The notes under the pieces are model-generated. The model was not told the DNA's origin, did no database searches, and worked only from the letters and a program-made list of their open reading frames with translations. Source: Candidatus Woesearchaeota archaeon (GTDB lineage Archaea > Nanobdellota > Nanobdellia > Woesearchaeales > GW2011-AR15). From it: DNA of 64,000 nucleotides. The position numbers and the translations under genes were made by a program. Position 1 is the first letter of the stretch; every line of letters starts with the position of its first letter. The stretch covers positions 3,306 through 67,305 of the forward strand of contig JAFGRO010000002.1 in the NCBI GenBank assembly GCA_016935095.1, in the 5' to 3' direction. Of the stretch, positions 54,688 to 63,677 are shown piece after piece.

Positions 54688-55535
54688 GGAAAAAAATGAA
54701 AGTTGCTGTTATCGGCGCAGGCACAATGGGGCATGGGATTGCCCAGCTATTTGCTATGAATGGCTATGAAGTTTTTTTGGTTGATGTTAATGAAGAAGTA
54801 GTAAGAACAGCTTTGCAAAAAATTGAAAAAAGCCTTGATAAATTCGTAAAAAAACAGATGATTACAGGCAAAGAATCTGTCTTGGAGAAGATTAAAACTT
54901 CTACAAACTTTAATGATGCAAAAGATGTTGATCTTGTTGTTGAAGCAGCATCTGAAAAACAGGAAATAAAAAAAAAGATTTTTGAAAATTTAGACCAGAT
55001 TTGCAAAAAAGAGACAATCCTTGCATCAAATACATCTTCCATACCGATAACTAAACTAGGAAATTTTACAAAAAGGCCTGAAAAAGTTATAGGTTTGCAT
55101 TTTTTCAATCCCCCACAGATAATGAAACTTGTTGAAGTGATTTTAGGAGAGAAAACATCTCCTGAAACAAAAAATAAAGTAATTGAAATTTCAGAAAATC
55201 TTGGGAAAACTCCAGTTACTGTGATAGACAGCCCTGCCTTTGTGACTAGCAGGCTAATCATGATTATGATTAATGAAGCTGTGCAATGCTTATATGAAAA
55301 AATTGCAACAAAAGAAGATATTGATACTGCGATGAAGCTCGGCATGAACCATCCGATGGGTCCTCTTGAGCTGGCGGATTTAGTCGGATTAGACATTGTG
55401 CTTGCAATTGTAAACACAATGTATGAAGGATTTAAAGATGAAAAATATAAGCCAAGCCCTTTATTAGTTGAAAAAGTAGAGAAAGGAGAACTCGGAAGAA
55501 AAACAGGAAAAGGGTTTTATGATTATGAAAAATGA
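54684..55535 (+). CDS. 3-hydroxyacyl-CoA (3-hydroxybutyryl-CoA) dehydrogenase, NAD-binding
   Basis: MKVAVIGAGTMGHGIAQLFAMNGYEV gives the Rossmann fold. The C-terminal 3HCDH_C domain has HFFNP. Confidence 0.9.
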   Translation: MRKKMKVAVIGAGTMGHGIAQLFAMNGYEVFLVDVNEEVVRTALQKIEKSLDKFVKKQMITGKESVLEKIKTSTNFNDAKDVDLVVEAASEKQEIKKKIFENLDQICKKETILASNTSSIPITKLGNFTKRPEKVIGLHFFNPPQIMKLVEVILGEKTSPETKNKVIEISENLGKTPVTVIDSPAFVTSRLIMIMINEAVQCLYEKIATKEDIDTAMKLGMNHPMGPLELADLVGLDIVLAIVNTMYEGFKDEKYKPSPLLVEKVEKGELGRKTGKGFYDYEK

Positions 55536-56101
55536 AACAAGATAAGAAAAAAAATAAAGTATTTATAATTCATGGAATTAACGGGCATCCTAATAAAAAC
55601 TGGTTTCCGTGGCTTAAAGATAAGCTTGAAAAAACAGGGTGCACTGTAGTAGTGCCTGAATTTCCAATAGGTGAAAACCTTTCATTTAGGAATTGGATAA
55701 ATACATTTAATGATTATAAAGAGCTACTTAATAAAGATACTATTGCAATAGGTCATAGTTTAGGTGTTGTTTTTCTTTTGAATATATTAGAACTCTATCA
55801 ACTCAAATGTGCTTTTTTGATTGCTGGATTTATCTCTCCATTAGAAAATGAACCTATTGATACAAGAATTAAGTCATTCATTAAAAAAAAATATAACTGG
55901 AAAAAAATAAAAAAAAATTGTGAAAAATTCTATATTATTCATTCAGATAATGATCCTGTTGTTGACTTGAAAAAAGCATATGAACTTTCTGAATTATTGG
56001 ATACAGAGGTTAAAATAATAAAAAATGTAGGGCATTTTAGCCAGAAAACCGGATTTTTTAGATTTGATTATTTATACAATGAAATAATTAAAATCATTTA
56101 A
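55532..56101 (+). CDS. Alpha/beta-hydrolase-fold serine hydrolase (YdeN/RBBP9-like)
   Basis: VFIIHGINGHPNKNWFPWL then the nucleophile elbow GHSLG. Later HSDNDPVV and GHF fit Asp and His of the triad. Confidence 0.65.
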   Translation: MKQDKKKNKVFIIHGINGHPNKNWFPWLKDKLEKTGCTVVVPEFPIGENLSFRNWINTFNDYKELLNKDTIAIGHSLGVVFLLNILELYQLKCAFLIAGFISPLENEPIDTRIKSFIKKKYNWKKIKKNCEKFYIIHSDNDPVVDLKKAYELSELLDTEVKIIKNVGHFSQKTGFFRFDYLYNEIIKII

Positions 56102-56114
56102 AACAAGATTTAAA

Positions 56115-56309
56115 ATGAAAAAAAAATTTAAGGTACTCATCAACAACAAATGGTGCAAATGCTGCAGCTTGTGCATTAAGTTCTGTCCTGTAAAAAACCT
56201 TACAATGACTGAGCAGGGAGTAAAAGACAGCGGCAAATGCATTGGCTGTAAATTATGCGAGAGATACTGTCCTGATTTTGCGATTGAGGTTCAAGAGATA
56301 AAAAAATGA
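56115..56309 (+). CDS. 2x[4Fe-4S] ferredoxin, delta subunit of a 2-oxoacid:ferredoxin oxidoreductase (PorD/VorD-like)
   Basis: Two CxxCxxCxxxCP motifs (CKCCSLCIKFCP, CIGCKLCERYCP). 64 aa. Upstream of OFOR alpha, beta and gamma subunits. Confidence 0.8.
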   Translation: MKKKFKVLINNKWCKCCSLCIKFCPVKNLTMTEQGVKDSGKCIGCKLCERYCPDFAIEVQEIKK

Positions 56310-57229
56310 CAAACAAAATAGCTATAATGGGTGCTGGTGCAGTTGGAAGTTATTATGGGGCTCTTTTAATTAGAGCAGGATTTGATGTGATTCTTATTGC
56401 AAGAGGTAAACATCTTGAAGCAATGAAAAAAAATGGACTTTCAATTAAGAGCTTTAAAGGAGATTTTCGTGTTGATGTAAATGCTACTGATAATCCTGAA
56501 GAAATCAGTCCTGTAGATTTTATCTTATTTACAGTAAAATCATATGACACAGAAACAGCTATTTCTCAAATAAAACCAATTATTCATGAAAATACACTTG
56601 TTATGTCTTTACAAAATGGTATTGATAATGACGAAAAAATTGAAAAAGTTGTTGGAAAAGGAAAACTTATTCCAGCTTTAACAAAAATAGGTGTATCAAT
56701 ACCTGAACCAGGAATAATAAACCATAGCGCAAAAGGAATAATTATTTTTAATGAATCAAATGGAGAAAAAACTAAAAGAATAAAGCAAATTGAAGATATT
56801 TTTAAGAAGGCAAATATTGAATATAATATACCTAAAGACATTCTACTTGAGAAATGGAAAAAATTTCTATGGAACTCTTCATTTAATGTGATTACTGCAA
56901 TAACAAAAAAAACACTTACTGAATTACTAAATTCTGAAATGAGTAATGAATTAATAAATCGGAGTATGAAAGAGGTTATTGCGATTGCACAAAAAAAGAA
57001 TATTTTATTAGGTCATGAAATTATTCAAACCCAGATTGATTTTTCCAGACAATTGGGGAATTTTAAGACTTCTATGCTTCAAGATATTGAAAAAGGAAAA
57101 AGAATTGAAAGCTGGGCATTAAGCGGTATAATCTCAAAATTAGGAAAAGAATTGGGCATAGATACTCCTGTTAACGAAACATTATATTATTTGTTAAAAA
57201 TAATTGGTCCAAAAGATGAAACTGACTAA
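56306..57229 (+). CDS. 2-dehydropantoate 2-reductase family (PanE/ApbA) NAD(P)H-dependent 2-ketoacid reductase
   Basis: KIAIMGAGAVGSYYGALL gives the Rossmann fold. KTSMLQDIEKGKRIE is the canonical ApbA/PanE active-site motif. Confidence 0.85.
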   Translation: MTNKIAIMGAGAVGSYYGALLIRAGFDVILIARGKHLEAMKKNGLSIKSFKGDFRVDVNATDNPEEISPVDFILFTVKSYDTETAISQIKPIIHENTLVMSLQNGIDNDEKIEKVVGKGKLIPALTKIGVSIPEPGIINHSAKGIIIFNESNGEKTKRIKQIEDIFKKANIEYNIPKDILLEKWKKFLWNSSFNVITAITKKTLTELLNSEMSNELINRSMKEVIAIAQKKNILLGHEIIQTQIDFSRQLGNFKTSMLQDIEKGKRIESWALSGIISKLGKELGIDTPVNETLYYLLKIIGPKDETD

Positions 57230-58250
57230 TGGTAATACTGCAATTGTGCTCGGAGCATTAAAAGCCGGATGCAGGCTTTTTGCAGGTTATCCTATAACAC
57301 CTGCTTCCAGTATTTTAGAAGAAATATCTGCAACTAAAATCAAGGTAATGCAGATGGAAGACGAAATTGCAAGCATTAACTGTGCAATCGGTGCAAGTCT
57401 TGCAGGAGTAAAATCAATGACCGCTACATCCGGCCCGGGATTTTCACTGATGCAGGAAGCAATAGGATATTCAAACATGATTGAAGTTCCGCTTGTTATT
57501 GTTGATGTGCAGAGGGTTGGTCCCGCAACAGGAATGCCTACAAAGCCATCTCAGGGAGATATTATGCAATCCCGTTTTGGAAGCCACGGGGATTATTGCC
57601 CTCTGGTATTTTATCCGAATTCTGTTGAAGAGCTCTATAAGTACACGATTAAGGCATTTAATAATGCTGAAATAGGAGAAATGCCTGTTGTACTGTTAAG
57701 TGATGCTTTTCTTGCTAACCTGTATGAAACAGTAAATCTGGATGACAATATTGAAATAAAAAAAAGGAAATTAAAGCCACTGGGAAAAGCAGCAAGACAC
57801 ATAACAGGGCTTGCACACCAGAGAAATTCTCCCAAGCCGCAGAGCCCGAAAGAGTACAGGAGCTTTATCGACAGGATTTTTAAAAAAACTTATGTTACTG
57901 CCAAAGAAAATAATGATTATGAATTTTCAGGTAAAAAAAACTCAGATACATTAATAGTTAGTTATGGATGTGTTTCAAGGTTTTTATCTGATTTAAAAAA
58001 TAAATATGCCTTTTTCCGCCCGATAAGGATATGGCCTTTCCTGAAAAAAGAGCTTGGACTGATTGCCAAAAATTACAAAAAAGTGGTTGTTGTTGAGATG
58101 AACAACGGCCAGTACAGGCATGAAGTTGAAAGAGTGATTAGAAAACGGCTGTTCTTTTTCAGGGTGCTTGGCGGAGAAATTGATATTAAAAAAATAGAAA
58201 AAAATATTGAAAAATTAAAATGCAAGACTACCTCACTTTACTCAAATTAA
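57204..58250 (+). CDS. 2-oxoacid:ferredoxin oxidoreductase, alpha subunit (PorA/VorA/KorA family), operon 1
   Basis: LFAGYPITPASSILEEIS...SMTATSGPGFSLMQEAIGY resemble POR domain I motifs. Confidence 0.85.
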   Translation: MVQKMKLTNGNTAIVLGALKAGCRLFAGYPITPASSILEEISATKIKVMQMEDEIASINCAIGASLAGVKSMTATSGPGFSLMQEAIGYSNMIEVPLVIVDVQRVGPATGMPTKPSQGDIMQSRFGSHGDYCPLVFYPNSVEELYKYTIKAFNNAEIGEMPVVLLSDAFLANLYETVNLDDNIEIKKRKLKPLGKAARHITGLAHQRNSPKPQSPKEYRSFIDRIFKKTYVTAKENNDYEFSGKKNSDTLIVSYGCVSRFLSDLKNKYAFFRPIRIWPFLKKELGLIAKNYKKVVVVEMNNGQYRHEVERVIRKRLFFFRVLGGEIDIKKIEKNIEKLKCKTTSLYSN

Positions 58251-58954
58251 AAAAACTGCCTACAACATGGTGTCCCGGTTGCGGCAACGGCCTAGTTGTT
58301 AAAGCATTAGCACAGGCTATGCATGAATTAAAGATGAATAAGCATAATACAGTTATTGTTTCGGGCATCGGATGCAATGGAAGAAGCGCCGGTTATTTTA
58401 ATTTGGAGTCAATCCACACATTGCATGGCAGGGCGATTCCTGTTGCTGAAGGCATTAAAACTGCTAATCCAAAACTTAATGTTATTGTGCTTAGCGGGGA
58501 CGGTGATTTACTTGCAATCGGAGGCAATCACCTGCTTCATGCATCAAGAAGAAAAACAAACATAACAGTTATCTGTGTAAATAACAGGATTTACGGGATG
58601 ACAGGCGGTCAGGCATCTCCAACCACACCTCTGAATGCAAAAACAGCATCCACTCCTTTCGGGAATGAGTTTCCAGAGATAGATGTACAGCCGGTTGTGC
58701 TTGCGAATAATAATCTTTATGCAAGATCAACTGTATATCATTTTGATCATCTGAAACAGGTAATAAAAAAGGCTCTTTTAGATAAAGAGTTTTCATTTGT
58801 TGAAGTGATGAGTAACTGTTATCAGGGATACGGCAAAAAAGCAGGATATATGCACCCTTATGAGATAATCATGGACTTTAAAAAAAATTATAATATGAGC
58901 AGGAGCCATAAAAAAGAGCTTAAAAAAAATGAGATTGGTTTTGTGAAAAAATGA
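58220..58954 (+). CDS. 2-oxoacid:ferredoxin oxidoreductase, beta subunit (TPP-binding), operon 1
   Basis: WCPGCGNG Cys-motif. TPP fold GDGDLLAIGGNH. Confidence 0.9.
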   Translation: MQDYLTLLKLKKLPTTWCPGCGNGLVVKALAQAMHELKMNKHNTVIVSGIGCNGRSAGYFNLESIHTLHGRAIPVAEGIKTANPKLNVIVLSGDGDLLAIGGNHLLHASRRKTNITVICVNNRIYGMTGGQASPTTPLNAKTASTPFGNEFPEIDVQPVVLANNNLYARSTVYHFDHLKQVIKKALLDKEFSFVEVMSNCYQGYGKKAGYMHPYEIIMDFKKNYNMSRSHKKELKKNEIGFVKK

Positions 58955-59403
58955 AAATAAAGCTGATAGGAAATGCAGGGCAGGGAATTAAAACAATCTC
59001 TCTTATACTATCTAAAATATTTACTGAAAACGGAAAATATGTCTGCTTTAGTCTTAATTACGGCACAAATGTGAGATCCGGCATTATAACATCAGATATA
59101 ATTTACTCGGATGAAAAAATTGAAAATCCCAAAATCATAACTCCTGATATTGCAGTTATACTTTCAAATGCCAATAAAACGGATTTTAAAAACTCAGAAG
59201 TCATAAGTTATGAAGAAACCGATTTTGAAAAAATATCTTTTAACGCTTTTAAAAAGGCGAGATTTGCAAACATGATTGCAATGGGAAAATTATTAAGGCT
59301 GTTAAAATTTGATTTTAAAAAAATCAATTTCAAAGATAAATTGCCGGAAAAATTCCAGGAAAAGAACATAGAAGCAATAAAACTAGGGTATGATTTAAAA
59401 TGA
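58951..59403 (+). CDS. 2-oxoacid:ferredoxin oxidoreductase, gamma subunit, operon 1
   Basis: MKIKLIGNAGQGIKTISLILSKIF is the gamma-subunit G-x-G-G-Q-G motif. Confidence 0.8.
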   Translation: MKIKLIGNAGQGIKTISLILSKIFTENGKYVCFSLNYGTNVRSGIITSDIIYSDEKIENPKIITPDIAVILSNANKTDFKNSEVISYEETDFEKISFNAFKKARFANMIAMGKLLRLLKFDFKKINFKDKLPEKFQEKNIEAIKLGYDLK

Positions 59404-59594
59404 TTAAAATAAACAAAGAATATTGTAAAGGATGTAAGCTGTGCATTGAAAACTGCCCGAAAAAATGCATTTCATTATCAAAAGAAGTAAATGACAAAGG
59501 TTATTTTTATGCAGTCTATAAAGAAGGATGCACCAGCTGTAAATTCTGTGCTTTGATATGCCCTGATGCATGCATTGAGGTTATTAAAGAATGA
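59400..59594 (+). CDS. 2x[4Fe-4S] ferredoxin delta subunit, operon 2
   Basis: CKGCKLCIENCP and CTSCKFCALICP. 64 aa. Confidence 0.8.
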   Translation: MIKINKEYCKGCKLCIENCPKKCISLSKEVNDKGYFYAVYKEGCTSCKFCALICPDACIEVIKE

Positions 59595-60712
59595 AAAATA
59601 TAACAAATTATTATTTACCAACAAGAATTGTATTTGGGAATAATTCAATTGAGAGAATTCCTGAACTAGTTACAGAATTTAATCCAAAAAACATTGCTTT
59701 GGTTACTGGAAAGACAGCAATGAGAAAATTTGGTGTGACAGACAGAGTAATTAAATTATTAGATAGATATAATGTAGTAGTTTTTGACAAAGTAGAAGAA
59801 AATCCGTGTTGTGAGACAGTAGATTTATGTGTGGAGTTCTTGAAACAAAATAATTGTGATATTGTTATTGGATTAGGAGGAGGGTCTGCAATGGATGTTG
59901 CTAAGTCAGCTGCAGTCCTTGTAAATAATCCCGGGGAAACATTGGATTATCACATGCAGAATCAAATGATAAAAAAAACAGGATTACCTTTTATAGCAAT
60001 TACAACCACATCAGGAACTGCATCTGAAGTAACTAAATTTGCAGTGCTTACCAATGCTTCATTGAAATTAAAAAAGGCACTGGTCCATGATTTTCTTTAT
60101 CCGGAAATTGCACTTATTGACCCACTATTAACAAAAACAATGAATAAAGATATTACTTATTCAACTGGATTAGATGCATTAAGCCATGCAGTTGAAGCAT
60201 ACTGGTCAAAAAATACAAATCCAATCTCTCAGATTCATTCTCTAGAATCAATAAAGCTTGTGTTTGAAAACCTAAAAGGAGCATGTGAAACTCCTGATGA
60301 TTTAAAATACAGAGAAGGAATGGCAAAAGCAAGCCTTTTTGCGGGTCTTTCATTCAGCAATGCAGGTACAAATGTATTGCATGCAATATCTTATCCTCTT
60401 ACAGTGCATTATAATGTTTTGCACGGGATCGCATGTGCAGCTGCAATGAAGGAATTTTTCAAAGTTAATAAAGATGCAATAGACTTACAAAGAATAATTA
60501 AAACAACAAACTCACCAGATTTTGATGATTTTCTTAACAAATTAGATGAGTTGCTTAATATAAATGAAAAATTAGATTTATCAAAGTTTGGCTTAAAAAA
60601 AGAAGATATGAATGATTTTGTTGAAAAAGCATATCTTCCAAGTAAATTTAAAAATAATCCTGTAGAAATATCAAAAGAACAATTAAAAAAAATATTATCT
60701 GAAATCTTATAA
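59591..60712 (+). CDS. Iron-containing (group III) alcohol dehydrogenase
   Basis: GLGGGSAMDVAKSAA is the Fe-ADH signature. Metal-binding His region HAISYPLTVHYNVLHG. Confidence 0.85.
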   Translation: MKNITNYYLPTRIVFGNNSIERIPELVTEFNPKNIALVTGKTAMRKFGVTDRVIKLLDRYNVVVFDKVEENPCCETVDLCVEFLKQNNCDIVIGLGGGSAMDVAKSAAVLVNNPGETLDYHMQNQMIKKTGLPFIAITTTSGTASEVTKFAVLTNASLKLKKALVHDFLYPEIALIDPLLTKTMNKDITYSTGLDALSHAVEAYWSKNTNPISQIHSLESIKLVFENLKGACETPDDLKYREGMAKASLFAGLSFSNAGTNVLHAISYPLTVHYNVLHGIACAAAMKEFFKVNKDAIDLQRIIKTTNSPDFDDFLNKLDELLNINEKLDLSKFGLKKEDMNDFVEKAYLPSKFKNNPVEISKEQLKKILSEIL

Positions 60713-60715
60713 AAA

Positions 60716-61765
60716 ATGACAAATAAAAAAGTCTTGAAAAAAGGAAACCATGTAATTGGTGCAGCAGCAATTGAAGCCGGCTGTGAATTTTATGCAGGCT
60801 ATCCTATAACCCCACAGAATGAATTAACTGAGTACATGGCAAAGCACATGGTCCTGAATAAAAGGCCGTTTGTTCAGGCAGAGTCAGAAGTCTCTGCAAT
60901 TAACATGGTTTTTGGTGCAAGTGCAGCAGGGGCACGTGCAATGACTTCCTCTTCCTCGCCTGGAATCAGCTTAAAGCAGGAAGGAATTTCATATATTGCA
61001 GGAGCAAACCTTCCATGTGTAATTGTAAATATGGTGCGAGGAGGCCCCGGTTTAGGCAATATTGCGGGTGCTCAATCAGACTATTTCCAGGCTACTCGCG
61101 GCGGAGGTCATGGTGATTACAGGTTAATAGTTCTTGGTCCGAATTCTGTGCAGGAGCTTTATGATTATACTATGAAATCTTTTGATCTTGCAGATAAATA
61201 CAGAATTCCTGTAATGATTTTAGGAGACGGCTACCTGGGCCAGATGATGGAATCCCTTACATTGCATAAATATGCTAAACCAAAAAATTTGCCGAAAAAA
61301 ACCTGGGCACTGACAGGATGTAAAGGAAGGAATCCCAATGTTATTAAAACACTTTACTTAACACCTGAAGATGCTCTTGAAAAGCATAATCTTGAATTAA
61401 ATGTAAAATATGAAAAAATCAAAAAAGAGCTGCAGCTATTTGAGACAATCAATGTGCAGAATGCCGAGCTTGTTATAGTAGCATATGGCACAGTTTCAAG
61501 AGTTGTTAAGAATGTTATTGAATCTTCTGATAAAAAAATAGGTTTATTCAGGCCGATAAGCCTATGGCCATTTCCTGAAAACGCTTTGAGAAATTTAAAA
61601 TGCAAAAAATTCCTAGTAGTGGAGATGAGCCTTGGCCAGATGGTTGAGGATGTTAAATTGTCTTTGTTTGGAACAGATGCAAGTGTTGATTTAATTGCGA
61701 GACCCGGCGGAATGATTCCAACCGAAGAAGAGATACATAAGAAGATTAAATTGATGCTGAAATGA
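60716..61765 (+). CDS. 2-oxoacid:ferredoxin oxidoreductase alpha subunit, operon 2
   Basis: FYAGYPITPQNELTEYM...AMTSSSSPGISLKQEGISY. Confidence 0.85.
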   Translation: MTNKKVLKKGNHVIGAAAIEAGCEFYAGYPITPQNELTEYMAKHMVLNKRPFVQAESEVSAINMVFGASAAGARAMTSSSSPGISLKQEGISYIAGANLPCVIVNMVRGGPGLGNIAGAQSDYFQATRGGGHGDYRLIVLGPNSVQELYDYTMKSFDLADKYRIPVMILGDGYLGQMMESLTLHKYAKPKNLPKKTWALTGCKGRNPNVIKTLYLTPEDALEKHNLELNVKYEKIKKELQLFETINVQNAELVIVAYGTVSRVVKNVIESSDKKIGLFRPISLWPFPENALRNLKCKKFLVVEMSLGQMVEDVKLSLFGTDASVDLIARPGGMIPTEEEIHKKIKLMLK

Positions 61766-62010
61766 AAAAAAATTTATTGTTTGCCGAAGTTATTGGATGG
61801 TATGGGGCATTTGCAATACTTATAGCATATGCGCTGAATACTTTGTTGATTGTTACTGCGGATTCATTAGTTTATCAACTGCTTAATTTAACAGGATCAT
61901 TTGGGTTGCTTGCAATTGCTTTTGTGAAAAAGGTTTATCAATCAGTTTTAATTAACGGGATATGGATTCTTATTGCGGTTATCGGGCTTATTAATATAAT
62001 TATAAATTAA
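61762..62010 (+). CDS. Small hydrophobic protein (82 aa, about 3 TM) embedded in the OFOR operon
   Basis: Start overlaps the alpha-subunit stop (ATGA). The beta subunit starts 14 nt after its stop. Entirely hydrophobic sequence. Confidence 0.45.
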   Translation: MKKNLLFAEVIGWYGAFAILIAYALNTLLIVTADSLVYQLLNLTGSFGLLAIAFVKKVYQSVLINGIWILIAVIGLINIIIN

Positions 62011-62024
62011 TAAATGATGTTAAA

Positions 62025-62765
62025 ATGAAACTCTATCAAAGACCAAAATCATTGAAAAATGTGCACACTCACTTTTGCCCGGGATGCGGGCATGGAATTA
62101 TCCATAAATTAATCTGCGAGGTAGTTGATGAACTTAAGATAAGAGAGAAAATGATTGCAATTGCTCCTGTTGGCTGCGGTGTTTTTGGCTATAACTACTG
62201 GGATTTTGATGTAAGTGAGGCAGCTCACGGAAGAACACCAGCTGTTGCAACCGGAATCAAAAGAGTGCATCCTGATAAAATTGTATTGAGTTACCAGGGA
62301 GATGGAGACTTAGCTGCTATCGGCACTGCAGAGATAATCCATGCTGCTAACCGAGGAGAAAATATAACTGTTATTTTTGTGAATAATGCAATCTATGGAA
62401 TGACAGGCGGCCAGATGGCTCCCACAACACTAATGGGCCAGAAATCAACAACAACGCCTTTTGGCAGGGAAAAGAATTTAGGATATCCTATAAAAGTATG
62501 TGAATTGCTTGCTCAGCTAGAGGGCACAACTTATTTAGAGAGAACATCTGTTAATTCTCCATTAAATGTGATGAAAACAAGAAAAGCAATAAAAAAAGCA
62601 TTTGAGCTGCAGATTACAAATAAAGGTTTTTCTTTGATTGAAGTACTTTCAATGTGTCCTACAAACTGGAAAAAAGATGCAATTGAATCATGTAACTTTG
62701 TTAAAGAACAGATGATGAAAATATTTCCATTAGGCGTAATAAAGGATACGACAAAGACAAAATGA
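62025..62765 (+). CDS. 2-oxoacid:ferredoxin oxidoreductase beta subunit (TPP-binding), operon 2
   Basis: FCPGCGHG. TPP fold GDGDLAAIGTAE. Confidence 0.9.
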   Translation: MKLYQRPKSLKNVHTHFCPGCGHGIIHKLICEVVDELKIREKMIAIAPVGCGVFGYNYWDFDVSEAAHGRTPAVATGIKRVHPDKIVLSYQGDGDLAAIGTAEIIHAANRGENITVIFVNNAIYGMTGGQMAPTTLMGQKSTTTPFGREKNLGYPIKVCELLAQLEGTTYLERTSVNSPLNVMKTRKAIKKAFELQITNKGFSLIEVLSMCPTNWKKDAIESCNFVKEQMMKIFPLGVIKDTTKTK

Positions 62766-63301
62766 AAACACAAATAATTGTTGCAGGTTTTGGAGGCCAG
62801 GGTGTTTTAACTCTCGGAGTTATATTAGCTAATGCTGCTGTTTTAGAAGATAAAAATGCAACATGGCTTCCCAGTTATGGCCCTGAGATGAGAGGCGGAA
62901 CTGCAAACTGCCATGTAATAATCTCTGAAGAAGATATTGGAAGCGCTGTTATCTCCCAGCCGGATATATTAATTGCATTTAATCATCCCAGCTTGGAGAA
63001 GTTCCTTCCAAGATTAAAAAAAAACGGGCTTTTGATAATAAATTCTTCTTTAATTAAAGAAGAGATTATCAGGAAAGATATTAAATTAGTTTCTTTGCCT
63101 TTGGTTGAGCTTGCTGCAAAAATTCAGAATCAAAAAACAATAAATATTATTGCCATGGGCGCGTTGCTTGAACTAACTGAATTAGTAAAAACTTCTTCAG
63201 TTGTTGATTCAATAAAACAAAATTTCAAGGACAAACAGGATATAATTGAATTAAATAAAAAAGCTCTTGAACTGGGTAGAGAACATGTCAAAAAAAATTA
63301 G
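62762..63301 (+). CDS. 2-oxoacid:ferredoxin oxidoreductase gamma subunit, operon 2
   Basis: IIVAGFGGQGVLTLGVILANAA. Confidence 0.8.
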   Translation: MKTQIIVAGFGGQGVLTLGVILANAAVLEDKNATWLPSYGPEMRGGTANCHVIISEEDIGSAVISQPDILIAFNHPSLEKFLPRLKKNGLLIINSSLIKEEIIRKDIKLVSLPLVELAAKIQNQKTINIIAMGALLELTELVKTSSVVDSIKQNFKDKQDIIELNKKALELGREHVKKN

Positions 63302-63677
63302 GATTCTAATTGCTAAGCCAGGGCTGGATGGCCATGACAGGGGCGCAAAAGTAATGGCAAATGCATTCCGTGATTCTGGTGTAGAGGTAATTTATACTGG
63401 GTTAAGGCAGACACCTTTGCAAATAGTAAATGCAGCTATCCAGGAAGATGTCTTGGTTATTGGGTTGAGTGTTCTTTCAGGGGCGCATATGCACCTCTGC
63501 AAAGAAGTGCTTAAATTACTGAAAGAAAAAAAAGCTTTTGATATTAATGTTGTTGTCGGCGGGATAATCCCTGAGAAAGATATCAAAGAGTTGAAAAGGA
63601 TCGGAATTAAATCAGTGTTTGGTCCTGGGACATTTATGAAAGATGCTGTTGAATTTGTTAAAAAGTTGGTAAAATGA
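63267..63677 (+). CDS. Methylmalonyl-CoA mutase small subunit / B12-binding domain (MCM C-terminal domain homolog). Likely true start at MSKK (63285).
   Basis: IRILIAKPGLDGHDRGAKVMANAFRDSGVEVIYTGLRQTP contains the DxHxxG B12-binding signature. Confidence 0.85.
   Translation: MNWVENMSKKIRILIAKPGLDGHDRGAKVMANAFRDSGVEVIYTGLRQTPLQIVNAAIQEDVLVIGLSVLSGAHMHLCKEVLKLLKEKKAFDINVVVGGIIPEKDIKELKRIGIKSVFGPGTFMKDAVEFVKKLVK

Noticed and set aside
53895-54734. 279-aa minus-strand ORF antisense to the crotonase gene
   Set aside because: Low-complexity, Ser/Phe-rich translation with no motifs. It completely overlaps a well-supported plus-strand crotonase. A typical shadow ORF in AT-rich sequence.
54764-55417. 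217-aa minus-strand ORF antisense to the 3-hydroxyacyl-CoA dehydrogenase
   Set aside because: Shadow ORF: no domain signatures. Opposite strand of a gene with a clear Rossmann motif and operon context.
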